Source of the DNA: an uncultured beta proteobacterium
Lineage (GTDB): Bacteria; Pseudomonadota; Gammaproteobacteria; Burkholderiales; Burkholderiaceae
Reading direction: 5' to 3'
Length of the DNA stretch: 64,000 nt
Assembly (NCBI GenBank): GCA_903826775.1
Contig: CAIKFU010000050.1
Span: forward strand, 5,618 to 69,617
Below are positions 52,828 to 61,986 of this stretch, one piece after another (the first letter of the stretch is position 1; every line of letters begins with the position of its first letter). The notes under the pieces were generated by a model. The model did not search any database. It was not told where the DNA came from and saw only the letters and a list, made by a program, of their open reading frames with translations. A program made the translations under genes and the position numbers.

Positions 52828-54246
52828 ATGGCTAAATCGCAAGACATCGAAGCAGTTGACGAGATATTTCAAGAAGGCAAGGTAATTGACGGTTTTACCC
52901 TTGGCAAGGAATTGCATCGTGGCGGAATGGCCTCTTTGTTCTCTGCCACAAAAAATGGCATTGACTTACCAATTCTATTAAAAATACCGCGGGTAGGGCG
53001 TGACCAACCTGTGGAGAGTCTGATTGGTTTTGAAACAGAGTTGACCATCCTACGTTCGCTAAAGAGCCCATTCGTTCCAAAATTTTTGGGGGCCGGCAAT
53101 ATGGCTACCCGACCTTATATTGCAATGGAACAAATTCACGGTAGACCCCTTGAAGACAGCATTAAAGAAGGTAAAAATTTTGAGATAGATGAAGTTATTC
53201 ACATAGGCGCAGATTTGGCCCAAGCGCTTCATTCATTGCATTCTCAAGATGCTATCCACTTAGACATAAAACCTGACAATATTCTCATTGATGATGTTGG
53301 AAAACTAACATTAATTGATTTTGGGTTAGCTCACCATTCTCGCTTTCCTGATCTTCTTGCTGAAGAAATGCGTAAAGGCGTTGGATCTGCCCCATACATA
53401 TCGCCTGAACAAGTTGCCGGTATTCGCGAAGATGCTCGAAGTGATATTTTTTCTGTTGGCGTCGTTATGTATGAACTGCTCACAGGAGAACTTCCTTTTG
53501 GAAATCCTCAAACCATGGGCGGTCTTCGTAAAAGGATGTGGGCTGAACCTTTTCCTCCAAGATCGATTCGCAAAGAAATACCAAGATGGCTGCAAGAGGT
53601 AATCTTGCGTTGCCTAGAGCCCAGAGCAGCAGACCGGTATCAAAGTGCGGCGCGATTACGTCAAGTATTACGCGATCCAGAAAGCGTCAAATTAACTGAG
53701 CGTGCTGACAGACTTGAACCGCCCAGCTTTTGGGAAAACGTACGGCGCTGGCTCAAAGCAGCAGGATACGAACCTTCACCCTGTCCTCGTCCTAGCTTAA
53801 GCAATCAAGATGCCCCATTAATGATTGCTGCAATCGATACCCGTCAATCTGATGAAGCCTTGCGACTAAGAATGCAAAATACTGCCAAGAATCTTCTACA
53901 AGCCTACCCTGAAAGTCGTTTGGTATGCCTTAGTACAATTGCAAGCACCCCAACATTTGAAGGCAAGCAGGAAAATGAAACAGCCAGTGGAATTGTGCGG
54001 GGCCACTTAGTGCAGCTTATGGAGTGGGCTAAACCACTCAAATTGCCCCCAGAAAGAATTTCCTACCACGTACTTGAAGCACTGGATCCAGCTACTCGGA
54101 TTGTGGAATTTGCACAAGACAATGATGCAGCGCTCATTTTAATTGGCGCTTCACATAAGGTTCCGAATAAAGTCGCCCCATGGAGAACCTCGATGACCAA
54201 AATAGTCGAGGAAGCTCCATGTAGCGTTCACATTGTTAGAGCCTGA
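52828..54246 (+). CDS. Hanks-type Ser/Thr protein kinase fused to a C-terminal universal stress protein (Usp) domain
   Basis: Catalytic loop HLDIKPDNIL, DFGLA and SPE in the first ~290 aa. The last ~150 aa (LMIAAID.....ALILIGAS......VHIVRA) have a UspA-like pattern. Confidence 0.85.
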   Translation: MAKSQDIEAVDEIFQEGKVIDGFTLGKELHRGGMASLFSATKNGIDLPILLKIPRVGRDQPVESLIGFETELTILRSLKSPFVPKFLGAGNMATRPYIAMEQIHGRPLEDSIKEGKNFEIDEVIHIGADLAQALHSLHSQDAIHLDIKPDNILIDDVGKLTLIDFGLAHHSRFPDLLAEEMRKGVGSAPYISPEQVAGIREDARSDIFSVGVVMYELLTGELPFGNPQTMGGLRKRMWAEPFPPRSIRKEIPRWLQEVILRCLEPRAADRYQSAARLRQVLRDPESVKLTERADRLEPPSFWENVRRWLKAAGYEPSPCPRPSLSNQDAPLMIAAIDTRQSDEALRLRMQNTAKNLLQAYPESRLVCLSTIASTPTFEGKQENETASGIVRGHLVQLMEWAKPLKLPPERISYHVLEALDPATRIVEFAQDNDAALILIGASHKVPNKVAPWRTSMTKIVEEAPCSVHIVRA

Positions 54247-54251
54247 TCTTT

Positions 54252-55349
54252 TTATATTTTAATCCCAAGCAATTTTGCAGCATTCGCACCCAAAATGCCA
54301 ATACGATCAGCATTACTTAACCCCGGAGTACTCATTACTTGCTCAACCGGGTATTCCTCCCAAGGAATGGGGTGATCGGTTCCAATAACAATTTGACTCG
54401 CTCCAACCTGAGCAACTAAGTGTCTAAGGGCTTCAGGAGTAAACACTAGATTGTCAAAATACAGCTGGTTCAAATACTCAGTGGGTTTTTTCTTCAAAAC
54501 AATATCAGGATTGCAATTTTGGGGGGATACAAAACAACTGTGATCGGATCTTGGTGCATAAGACCCCAAATATCCACCTCCATGAGCTGCCAACACTTTT
54601 AATTGTGGATACTTATCTAAGACTCCCTCAAAAATTAGGTGCTGCAAAGCGATAGTCGTATCAAGCGGGTTGCCGATAGTATTGGATAACCAACCGTTAC
54701 CCTTAAATCGTGATGCCAGCTGAGGAGTGCTTTGCGGATGAATAAATAGGGTTACATTTAATTCTTGGGCTTTAGCCAATACCGGATGGTATTTTGGATT
54801 TGAGAAATCATCCCCCATAACACTTCCACCAATCGCAGCCCCCTTTAAGCCCTGCTTCTTAACCGCATCTTCTAATTGTTGCACTGCCAAATCTGGAAAC
54901 TGCAACGACAAAGATGCAAATGCTGCAAACTTATCCGGTCTCAATGCGCAAAGTTCGGCTAAATTTTGGTTATTGATGCGGCATATTTCTGCTGCAGTAT
55001 CTCTATCCCTGCCATACCAAAACGGATTAATACTCAAAACCTGCATATCGATGCCTTGGGCATCCATCGCCTTAATGCGGTCGGCAACTTTAATGAAATG
55101 CTCTGCAGCTCCTTTTGTTGGAGGCATGACTGCCTTTGCATCCGGACCCATTAAATCGAGGGCCTCCTGGATAATGCAATGCGTGTGGGTATCTATTGTT
55201 TTGATTCTTTTGCCATTAATAAAGACAGGGGTTACCCGTTTTGGCCCCTGGTTTTGCAGTTCGGCGGCGTGCAGCAAACCGCAGCCGCAGAACGTTAAAC
55301 CACCTAATGTTTTTGCTGAGGTTTTAAGAAATGATCTGCGACTGTTCAT
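54252..55349 (-). CDS. Amidohydrolase_2 (ACMSD/LigW-like) family protein with a twin-arginine signal peptide
   Basis: N-terminus MNSRRSFLKTSAKTLGGL.. (SRRxFLK Tat motif), DTHTH metal motif and a later GTDHP. Confidence 0.8.
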   Translation of the reverse strand: MNSRRSFLKTSAKTLGGLTFCGCGLLHAAELQNQGPKRVTPVFINGKRIKTIDTHTHCIIQEALDLMGPDAKAVMPPTKGAAEHFIKVADRIKAMDAQGIDMQVLSINPFWYGRDRDTAAEICRINNQNLAELCALRPDKFAAFASLSLQFPDLAVQQLEDAVKKQGLKGAAIGGSVMGDDFSNPKYHPVLAKAQELNVTLFIHPQSTPQLASRFKGNGWLSNTIGNPLDTTIALQHLIFEGVLDKYPQLKVLAAHGGGYLGSYAPRSDHSCFVSPQNCNPDIVLKKKPTEYLNQLYFDNLVFTPEALRHLVAQVGASQIVIGTDHPIPWEEYPVEQVMSTPGLSNADRIGILGANAAKLLGIKI

Positions 55350-55363
55350 ATGCTATCTCCGAT

Positions 55364-56245
55364 TTAGTTGGTTTTTTTCAATCCTAACATCTCTCGTGCT
55401 TCATTTGAAGAGGCTAATTGGCCACCCATATCCTTAATTATGCGATTAGCTCGACTTACCAACTGCGCATTGCTTTCGCAAAGCACCCCTTTTTCAATAT
55501 AAATATTATCTTCCATGCCGACACGAACATGGCCACCATACAACCAAGCTTGGGCGACGATAGGAAACTCGGCCCGAGCAATTCCAAAAGCTGCCCACTT
55601 CGCCCCTTCTGGCAGTTGGTCACGCATATATAGCAATGTAGCAGGATCGGTATTTAGACCGTATTTAACCCCCATAACAAACGTATACAAACCAGGTCCA
55701 TCTAAAGTGCCATCCTTTATCAAATCCTTGGCTAAATTTAGATCACCCGTATCAAAAATTTCTAATTCAGGCATAACTCCAGCATCGCGAATTACTTTAG
55801 CCATCTTGCGAACATTGGATGGGGTGTTCATCACAACATCTGGGCCGGAATTCATTGTATTTAAGTCTAATGAACAGATATCGGGACGTAATTTAGCAAT
55901 ATGCTCAACGCGCTTTAATGGGTCACATAACGTTGTACCTTGAGCAAATACCTTGGGATCGCCCTCGGTTGGCACATAACGTCCTCCTGGACCAGTAGTC
56001 AAATTTATAATTACTTCTTTATTTTGTGCTTTGATGAGATCGATAACTTCTGCATAATGACCTATCTCCATTGAAGGCTTTCCAGTCTCTGGATAGCGAA
56101 CATGAATATGCACTACCGCAGCGCCAGCTTCAGCAGCACCTAAACAAGAATCCGCTATTTGTTTTGGAGTAATAGGTAAATGCGGTGTCATTTCTGGTTT
56201 TGTTAAATTACCAGTAACTGCGCAGGTTAAGATAGTTTTGCTCAT
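55364..56245 (-). CDS. 3-keto-5-aminohexanoate cleavage enzyme family protein (BKACE, DUF849)
   Basis: ILTCAVTGN...P.LPITPKQIADSCLGAAEAGAAVVHIHVR is the BKACE N-terminal signature, 293 aa. Confidence 0.85.
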   Translation of the reverse strand: MSKTILTCAVTGNLTKPEMTPHLPITPKQIADSCLGAAEAGAAVVHIHVRYPETGKPSMEIGHYAEVIDLIKAQNKEVIINLTTGPGGRYVPTEGDPKVFAQGTTLCDPLKRVEHIAKLRPDICSLDLNTMNSGPDVVMNTPSNVRKMAKVIRDAGVMPELEIFDTGDLNLAKDLIKDGTLDGPGLYTFVMGVKYGLNTDPATLLYMRDQLPEGAKWAAFGIARAEFPIVAQAWLYGGHVRVGMEDNIYIEKGVLCESNAQLVSRANRIIKDMGGQLASSNEAREMLGLKKTN

Positions 56246-56284
56246 AATGTTTCCTTTTTATTTCCTTTAATTACTTTGTTGACT

Positions 56285-56944
56285 ATGGTTAAAAAAATTC
56301 AATCCCCAACTCAGAACAAGACTGCAACACGCCTGCTGAATGTTGCCGAAGTTCTTTTTTCTGAACATGGTTATGCAGTTACAACGGTTCGCGATATTGC
56401 GGCCAAGGCAAAAGTAAATCAAGCCCTTATCAACTATCACTTTCAAAATAAACGGGGGTTGTTTAACGCTGTTTTCGAGCGCCGGGCCACGATTATCTTG
56501 CAAGAGCGGATTGATTTGCTGAATGCTGCTCGCGAAAAATCTAAGAAAAAACCTATACCATTGCGCGACTTGATTTTTGCCTTTGTTTATCCCCCGCTTC
56601 GCATGGCCAGCGAAGACAAAGGCGGAAGAAGTTTTGTAAAGCTCCAGGCACGACTTCATAATGAACCCAAAGATATTGAACACGAGCTTCGCGTGAAGCT
56701 ATACGACAATGTAAGTCTCAAATTTGTTGAAGAACTCAAACGTACCCTCCCTAAGTTAAGCCAGACTACAATTTGCTGGCGCCTCATATTTGTCATGGGC
56801 TTATATCTATATGTTGCATCCAATACTGGTCGCCTTGAAGTAATCTCCAAAGGGCGTGCTAGTGGTGCCGATTTAACACGCGCGTTACCAGAAATTTTAG
56901 ATTTTTGCGAACAAGGATTTCTGGCTCCCGCTACTCAACCTTAG
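56285..56944 (+). CDS. TetR family transcriptional regulator
   Basis: HTH region TRLLNVAEVLFSEHGYAVTTVRDIAAKAKVNQALINYHFQNK. The longest ORF starts at TTG 56276, and ATG 56285 is more likely. Confidence 0.85.
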   Translation: MVKKIQSPTQNKTATRLLNVAEVLFSEHGYAVTTVRDIAAKAKVNQALINYHFQNKRGLFNAVFERRATIILQERIDLLNAAREKSKKKPIPLRDLIFAFVYPPLRMASEDKGGRSFVKLQARLHNEPKDIEHELRVKLYDNVSLKFVEELKRTLPKLSQTTICWRLIFVMGLYLYVASNTGRLEVISKGRASGADLTRALPEILDFCEQGFLAPATQP

Positions 56945-57929
56945 CCCCTGTATCTTTCACAATTTGACCCCATCTTTTAACTTCTTCATTAATATATTCT
57001 GCGGTTTGTTTGGTTGTCCCACCTACAACAATTAAGCCGTTTTGATCAAACTTGTCTTTCATTTCGGGGTTAGAAAGAACCTGATTCATTGCTTGATTTA
57101 TTTTTTGTACTATTGCTGCTGGGGTTTTAATAGGCGCAAAAACAGTTGTCCACGTGTAATCTTTAATTTGAGGATAGCCTTGCTCTGCCAAAGTAGGCAC
57201 ATCTGGCAAGCTGGCAATTCGCTTCTCGCTTGACACGCCCAATATTCTGACCTTGCCTTGTTTGGCGAACTGATAAACTCCTGCAACAGCCGTACAACCA
57301 ATTGGTGTTTCGCCCCCCACAACCGCCATTGATGCTGGCCCAGCTCCTTTATATGGAATATGGGTTATATCAGACTTCCATATCACCCCAAATAGATTTG
57401 CACACGTAAGACTTGGGGTTGTTCCCGCACCTGGACTGGAAAACGATAAATTTTCCTTGCTTGCTAAAGTTTTTAATTCAGCAATAGTTTTTACTGGAAT
57501 TTTTTCATTCACGGAAACAACGTTGGGCTGCGTTGTGGCAACAATAATCGGGGTAAAATCCCTCACAGGATCATAGCCTGCTGCTGCGCCGTATAAGGTT
57601 GGATTAACAGCATAGGATGAAGAGGTCACTAATAAGGTATAGCCATCTGCAGGTCCATTCGAAACAGATTGAGTTCCAATATTTCCTGCCGCTCCAGCCT
57701 TGTTTTCAACAAACACAGACTGTTTTAATATCTCACTCAATTTTGGAGCCATGATTCTTGCTGTAATGTCCACTGGACCACCAGGTGGAAATGCCACTAC
57801 CAATCGAATTGGCTTATCTGGATACTCCGCTGAATAGCCCTGCCCCATTACCGCCATAAATAATATTGGAACCAGGCTATAAATCGCTTTTTTACCTAAC
57901 CCCTTTGTCTTGCTTGCCGCAATATTCAC
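56931..57929 (-). CDS. Bug family (TctC-like) periplasmic solute-binding protein
   Basis: Signal peptide, then YPDKPIRLVVAFPPGGPVD, the Bug-family hallmark. No tctA or tctB gene is present in the window. Confidence 0.88.
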   Translation of the reverse strand: MNIAASKTKGLGKKAIYSLVPILFMAVMGQGYSAEYPDKPIRLVVAFPPGGPVDITARIMAPKLSEILKQSVFVENKAGAAGNIGTQSVSNGPADGYTLLVTSSSYAVNPTLYGAAAGYDPVRDFTPIIVATTQPNVVSVNEKIPVKTIAELKTLASKENLSFSSPGAGTTPSLTCANLFGVIWKSDITHIPYKGAGPASMAVVGGETPIGCTAVAGVYQFAKQGKVRILGVSSEKRIASLPDVPTLAEQGYPQIKDYTWTTVFAPIKTPAAIVQKINQAMNQVLSNPEMKDKFDQNGLIVVGGTTKQTAEYINEEVKRWGQIVKDTGAKVE

Positions 57930-57962
57930 TTTGTCTCCCCCACTTAATGTTGGGATATATAT

Positions 57963-58928
57963 TTATTTAATTGCTAAAGGATTGGTTGGTGAACCTACTG
58001 CTCCCGTAATAGGTATTGCTGGAGCAACAAACATAAATTCATAGACACCATCCTTAGCGCAATCATCCGCCAAATCTTTCACATAAAAAATTTCGCCCAT
58101 TGTCATACCCATAATTGGAATGGTAATCCAATGCCATGGCTGGTTAATTCCTGCCTCTGACTCATTTGGACGTACTTCACAGCCCCAAGTATCACTTGCC
58201 AAGGCCGCCAATTCAGTCCGTTTGATCCATTCCAGAGTTTCAAAAGCAAATCCTGGTGCATCCCCACCTGGATAACCGTCCCAACTTCCGGCCTTAATTT
58301 TTTCTTCCATTTGACCTGTTCGAACAATAATGTAATCACCCCGCTTGATTTCGATACCTTGTTTTTTTGCCGTATCGTCAAGGTCTTGGCAAGTAATCCC
58401 GTATCCCTCTGGGAGAGTTTCCAATCCCTTAGCTCGCGCCACGTCTAACAGTATTCCACGTCCCACCATTTTGGATTTTGTTTTTTCGATACCGCACTTT
58501 GCTGCCCCTGCAGAAGAAACCTCTCTACAGTCATAGCCGTTATACATGTAATTTTCATAAAATACATGGCCAAGACCATCCCATTGGGTGCCGCATTGCA
58601 AAGGCATAACGACCATATCATCTGCAGCACGAATTCCACGCTTATCCAATACCCCGGAATAGGCGTCCGTACCCGTCCGCAACATCGTATGTACTGGATT
58701 AATACGGCCCATTGATGGGTATTTTGTTTTTGCGCCTTGAGGCCCAGAACTATCAAAATTAAGGGCCAGGGATATCACCTTGCCTTTTTTAACCAACTGA
58801 GCTGCAGCGATAATATCCTCGGGCTGGGTAAAGTTTAAAGTCCCAATTTCATCATCAGCACCCCATTTTCCCCAATTTTTATACTTTTCTGCCGCAGCAC
58901 TTAAGTCTGCACGAGTAATTTTTTTCAT
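57963..58928 (-). CDS. Putative cyclase family protein (kynurenine-formamidase-like fold)
   Basis: 321 aa. NWGKWGADDEIGTLN and ..GTQWDGLGHV.. are typical of the PF04199-type cyclase/formamidase family as I remember it. Confidence 0.7.
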   Translation of the reverse strand: MKKITRADLSAAAEKYKNWGKWGADDEIGTLNFTQPEDIIAAAQLVKKGKVISLALNFDSSGPQGAKTKYPSMGRINPVHTMLRTGTDAYSGVLDKRGIRAADDMVVMPLQCGTQWDGLGHVFYENYMYNGYDCREVSSAGAAKCGIEKTKSKMVGRGILLDVARAKGLETLPEGYGITCQDLDDTAKKQGIEIKRGDYIIVRTGQMEEKIKAGSWDGYPGGDAPGFAFETLEWIKRTELAALASDTWGCEVRPNESEAGINQPWHWITIPIMGMTMGEIFYVKDLADDCAKDGVYEFMFVAPAIPITGAVGSPTNPLAIK

Positions 58929-59054
58929 AACTTTTCTTCTTTTTTCGATTATTTAAGAACTGGTTTTTTTAAACAGTTGTTTAAATTATCAGTGAAAAAA
59001 AATTCTGTCAAGTTATTCGGTCATATTCTCTAAATATTTTTGCTTTGCACAATA

Positions 59055-59690
59055 TTATTCAGGAAACCGAGGTAGCTTTTCGCCGTTTCCAGAAGGGGGG
59101 TGTCTTGCCATATTCATTTCCATCGCTAATAACGTGTAGTAACCCGCGATTCCAGCTAAATCAACCACGCCTTTCTTACCAAAACGTTTTTCAGCCCTGT
59201 CGAAACTTGCATCGGATACACGTTTGTAACGCTGCAGCTCTATCGTGAAGTCGTACACAATCTCTTCATCAGGGCTCATACCTCTTGGATAGTGACCATC
59301 TTTTATTGCATTAACTATCTCCGGATTGATTCCAGCCTGAATTGCAAGGGGATAATGAATACTCCATTCGTAATCCTGACTCCACTCGCGGGCGGTAATC
59401 AAAATTGCGAACTCACTTAGATTGTTTCCTATTGCCGATCGATACCTCAAGTAATCCCCCATAGCCCTGGCATTATTCATGACTTCTGGGCTATACATCA
59501 ACATCGCAAAAGGCCCCCATGGAGCTTTTTTACGAACCATCTCAAATTCTTCTGCTGCCTTCTTTTGCTCTGCCGTATATTGATCTGCCGACAGTGGCGG
59601 CAAACGACTTTGCGCAATACTGATGCCGGCTGAAATCAATAGCGTTACAAATAAAATATGCCGAAAGTTTAATTGCACCTCTGTCCCCAC
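59055..59690 (-). CDS. Carboxymuconolactone decarboxylase (AhpD-like) family protein with a signal peptide
   Basis: GTG start, signal-like ILFVTLLISAGISIAQS, and a CMD-type helical domain (..SEFAILITAREWSQDYEWSIH..). Confidence 0.65.
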   Translation of the reverse strand: MGTEVQLNFRHILFVTLLISAGISIAQSRLPPLSADQYTAEQKKAAEEFEMVRKKAPWGPFAMLMYSPEVMNNARAMGDYLRYRSAIGNNLSEFAILITAREWSQDYEWSIHYPLAIQAGINPEIVNAIKDGHYPRGMSPDEEIVYDFTIELQRYKRVSDASFDRAEKRFGKKGVVDLAGIAGYYTLLAMEMNMARHPPSGNGEKLPRFPE

Positions 59691-59735
59691 TTTTCTAAAT
59701 TGTTAGCTATTTGCAAGAATAAGTAAATACGCTGT

Positions 59736-59763
59736 TTAAGTGCCATCCTAAGATGGCACTTAA
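59736..59763 (-). terminator. 12-bp stem-loop just after the dctA stop (possible terminator; weak U-tract)
   Basis: TTAAGTGCCATC-(4 nt)-GATGGCACTTAA perfect inverted repeat, 12 nt downstream of the dctA stop codon. Confidence 0.4.
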
Positions 59764-59775
59764 CTACCGATAGCC

Positions 59776-61104
59776 TTAATGCATCTTTTCTTGTTTTTGA
59801 TCCAAAATTAATTCTGGTTCTTGAGCTGCAATCCAATCGTCCCCATTCAATGCGGCGCTTAATTGTTTTTGATTTAACTCACCAGTCCACTTCGCTACGA
59901 CGATTGTCGCCACTCCATTTCCGACCAAATTGGTTAACGCGCGCGCTTCGGACATAAATCGATCAATGCCCAGAATAATTGCCAATCCAGCTACCGGCAC
60001 ATTTCCAACTGCGGATAATGTTGCCGCTAAAACTATGAAACCGCTACCCGTGATGCCTGCTGCGCCCTTTGAAGTTAGCAATAAAACCAACAATAAAGTT
60101 ACTTGCTGGGTTATGGTCATAGGCGTATTTGTTGCTTGCGCGATAAATACGGCCGCCATTGTGAGGTAGATTGATGTGCCATCGAGATTAAATGAATATC
60201 CAGCAGGGATGACTAGACCAACACAACTTTTCTTAGCCCCAAGATTTTCCATCTTTTCCATCATGCGAGGCAGCACTGATTCCGATGACGATGTCCCTAA
60301 CACGATGAGCAGTTCTTCTTTGATGTAACGCACAAATTTAAAAATACTAAACCCATTTGCACGAGCAATACTACCCAAAACTATAAAAACGAATAGTAAG
60401 CAAGTTAGATAAAAACTGCCCATTAACTTTCCTAAGGAAAAAAGGGAAGCAATGCCATATTTTCCTATAGTAAAAGCCATCGCACCAAAAGCGCCGATTG
60501 GCGCAACCTTCATAATGATGCCAATGATGTCAAATAGCACATGTGAAAATTTTTCAATCACATCAAAAATCAATGTGCCTTTTCCGCCAAACTTATGCAA
60601 TGCAAATCCAAATAAAACCGCAAAGAGCAAAACCTGCAATATCTCGCCTTTTGCAAAAGCATCTACCACTGTATTTGGAATAATATTTAATAGAAATTCT
60701 GTTGTAGTGCCAATTTTTCCAGGTCCTGTATAGGCAGCAATCCCCTTTGTATCGAGACTGGCAGGATCAATATTCATCCCTGATCCAGGTTGAAGCACAT
60801 TAACTATGATGAGGCCAATGATAAGAGCCAAACTACTCACAACCTCAAAATAAAGCAGCGCTAAACCGCCGGTTTTACCGACTTTCTTCATATCTTCCAT
60901 ACCCGCAATACCTAAAACCACAGTACAGAAAATGATCGGGGCAATCAGCATTTTGATACCCTTGATAAAAGCATCCCCAAAAGGCTTCATTTCCACCCCT
61001 ACCTGTGGATAAAAATGACCCAACAATACGCCAACTAAAACCGCTACAACTACTTGAAAGTAAAGGATTTTATATATTGGCGGTTTTTTTAGAGTTAAAG
61101 TCAA
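59776..61104 (-). CDS. dctA: C4-dicarboxylate/cation symporter DctA
   Basis: Collinear with E. coli DctA over nearly the full length ([56 protein letters not shown]). TTG start preceded by AGGGGA. Confidence 0.93.
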   Translation of the reverse strand: MTLTLKKPPIYKILYFQVVVAVLVGVLLGHFYPQVGVEMKPFGDAFIKGIKMLIAPIIFCTVVLGIAGMEDMKKVGKTGGLALLYFEVVSSLALIIGLIIVNVLQPGSGMNIDPASLDTKGIAAYTGPGKIGTTTEFLLNIIPNTVVDAFAKGEILQVLLFAVLFGFALHKFGGKGTLIFDVIEKFSHVLFDIIGIIMKVAPIGAFGAMAFTIGKYGIASLFSLGKLMGSFYLTCLLFVFIVLGSIARANGFSIFKFVRYIKEELLIVLGTSSSESVLPRMMEKMENLGAKKSCVGLVIPAGYSFNLDGTSIYLTMAAVFIAQATNTPMTITQQVTLLLVLLLTSKGAAGITGSGFIVLAATLSAVGNVPVAGLAIILGIDRFMSEARALTNLVGNGVATIVVAKWTGELNQKQLSAALNGDDWIAAQEPELILDQKQEKMH

Positions 61105-61218
61105 TTGAATTTCCCCTTTGTTTAAGGTTGTTTGGCGTAAATTGCTCTTTCAGCATATATTTCTTTTGCGATTATCCCCCCTTACAAGTAATTACTACTA
61201 GTGTCCGATAATGTGATT

Positions 61219-61953
61219 ATGGAAAAAATTCGTGTTTCTAAGCTGCTTTCTGAGCTAGGTCTTTGTTCTCGTCGTGAAGCAGACTCCTATATTGAGCAAG
61301 GACTTGTCACGGTTGATGGTGAAGTTGTGAATGAATTGGGCGTCCGGGCCTTCCGGCACCAAAAAATAGAACTTCGTTCTGGGGCCCAAAAACAACAAGC
61401 AGCGAGGATCACGGTTATCCTGAATAAACCTGTTGGCTATATTTCTCACTTTGACGATGACCAAGAATACCAACCCGCAGCTTCTCTTATTATTCCTGAG
61501 AATTACTGTCAGAGCCCACTAGACAAAGGACGCAGTCCACGCTTTAACACTCGAGGCCTGGCTCCTGCAGGACGATTGGATATTGACTCAACTGGGATGC
61601 TGGTATTAACTCAGGACGGGCGTATTGCCAAACTACTGATTGGTGAAAATAGCCCGATTGAAAAGGAATACCTGGTTAGAGTTGAGGGCAAGCTATCCTT
61701 TGATGACCTTGACCTTCTAAGATCTGGACTTTCCCTTGATGATGTTCCCCTCAAACCCGCCAAAGTAAGCTGGCAAAACGAAGATCAACTTCGATTTGTT
61801 TTGCGTGAAGGTAGAAACCGTCAGATTCGAAGAATGTGTGAACTTGTTGGGCTAAAAGTCCTTGGCCTAAAACGAGTACGTATTGGCAGAATTTCTTTAG
61901 GGCCGCTACCTCCGGGACAATGGCGATTCTTAAGACCTGAAGAGCAGTTTTAG
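61219..61953 (+). CDS. rluF: rRNA pseudouridine synthase, RsuA/RluF family
   Basis: S4 domain IRVSKLLSELGLCSRREADSYIEQG, catalytic GRLDIDSTGMLVL, and NRQIRRMCE, collinear with remembered E. coli RluF. An alternative start is GTG 61201. Confidence 0.8.
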   Translation: MEKIRVSKLLSELGLCSRREADSYIEQGLVTVDGEVVNELGVRAFRHQKIELRSGAQKQQAARITVILNKPVGYISHFDDDQEYQPAASLIIPENYCQSPLDKGRSPRFNTRGLAPAGRLDIDSTGMLVLTQDGRIAKLLIGENSPIEKEYLVRVEGKLSFDDLDLLRSGLSLDDVPLKPAKVSWQNEDQLRFVLREGRNRQIRRMCELVGLKVLGLKRVRIGRISLGPLPPGQWRFLRPEEQF

Positions 61954-61986
61954 TTCTACCGCGCTTATAATTCTGTCCACCTTTAG

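Noticed and set aside
61105-61200. A sigma54 (TGGCAC-N5-TTGC) promoter upstream of dctA, as expected for DctBD-controlled dctA genes.
   Set aside because: No GG-N10-GC element with the right flanks occurs on the minus strand of this spacer, and no dctB or dctD gene is present in the window.
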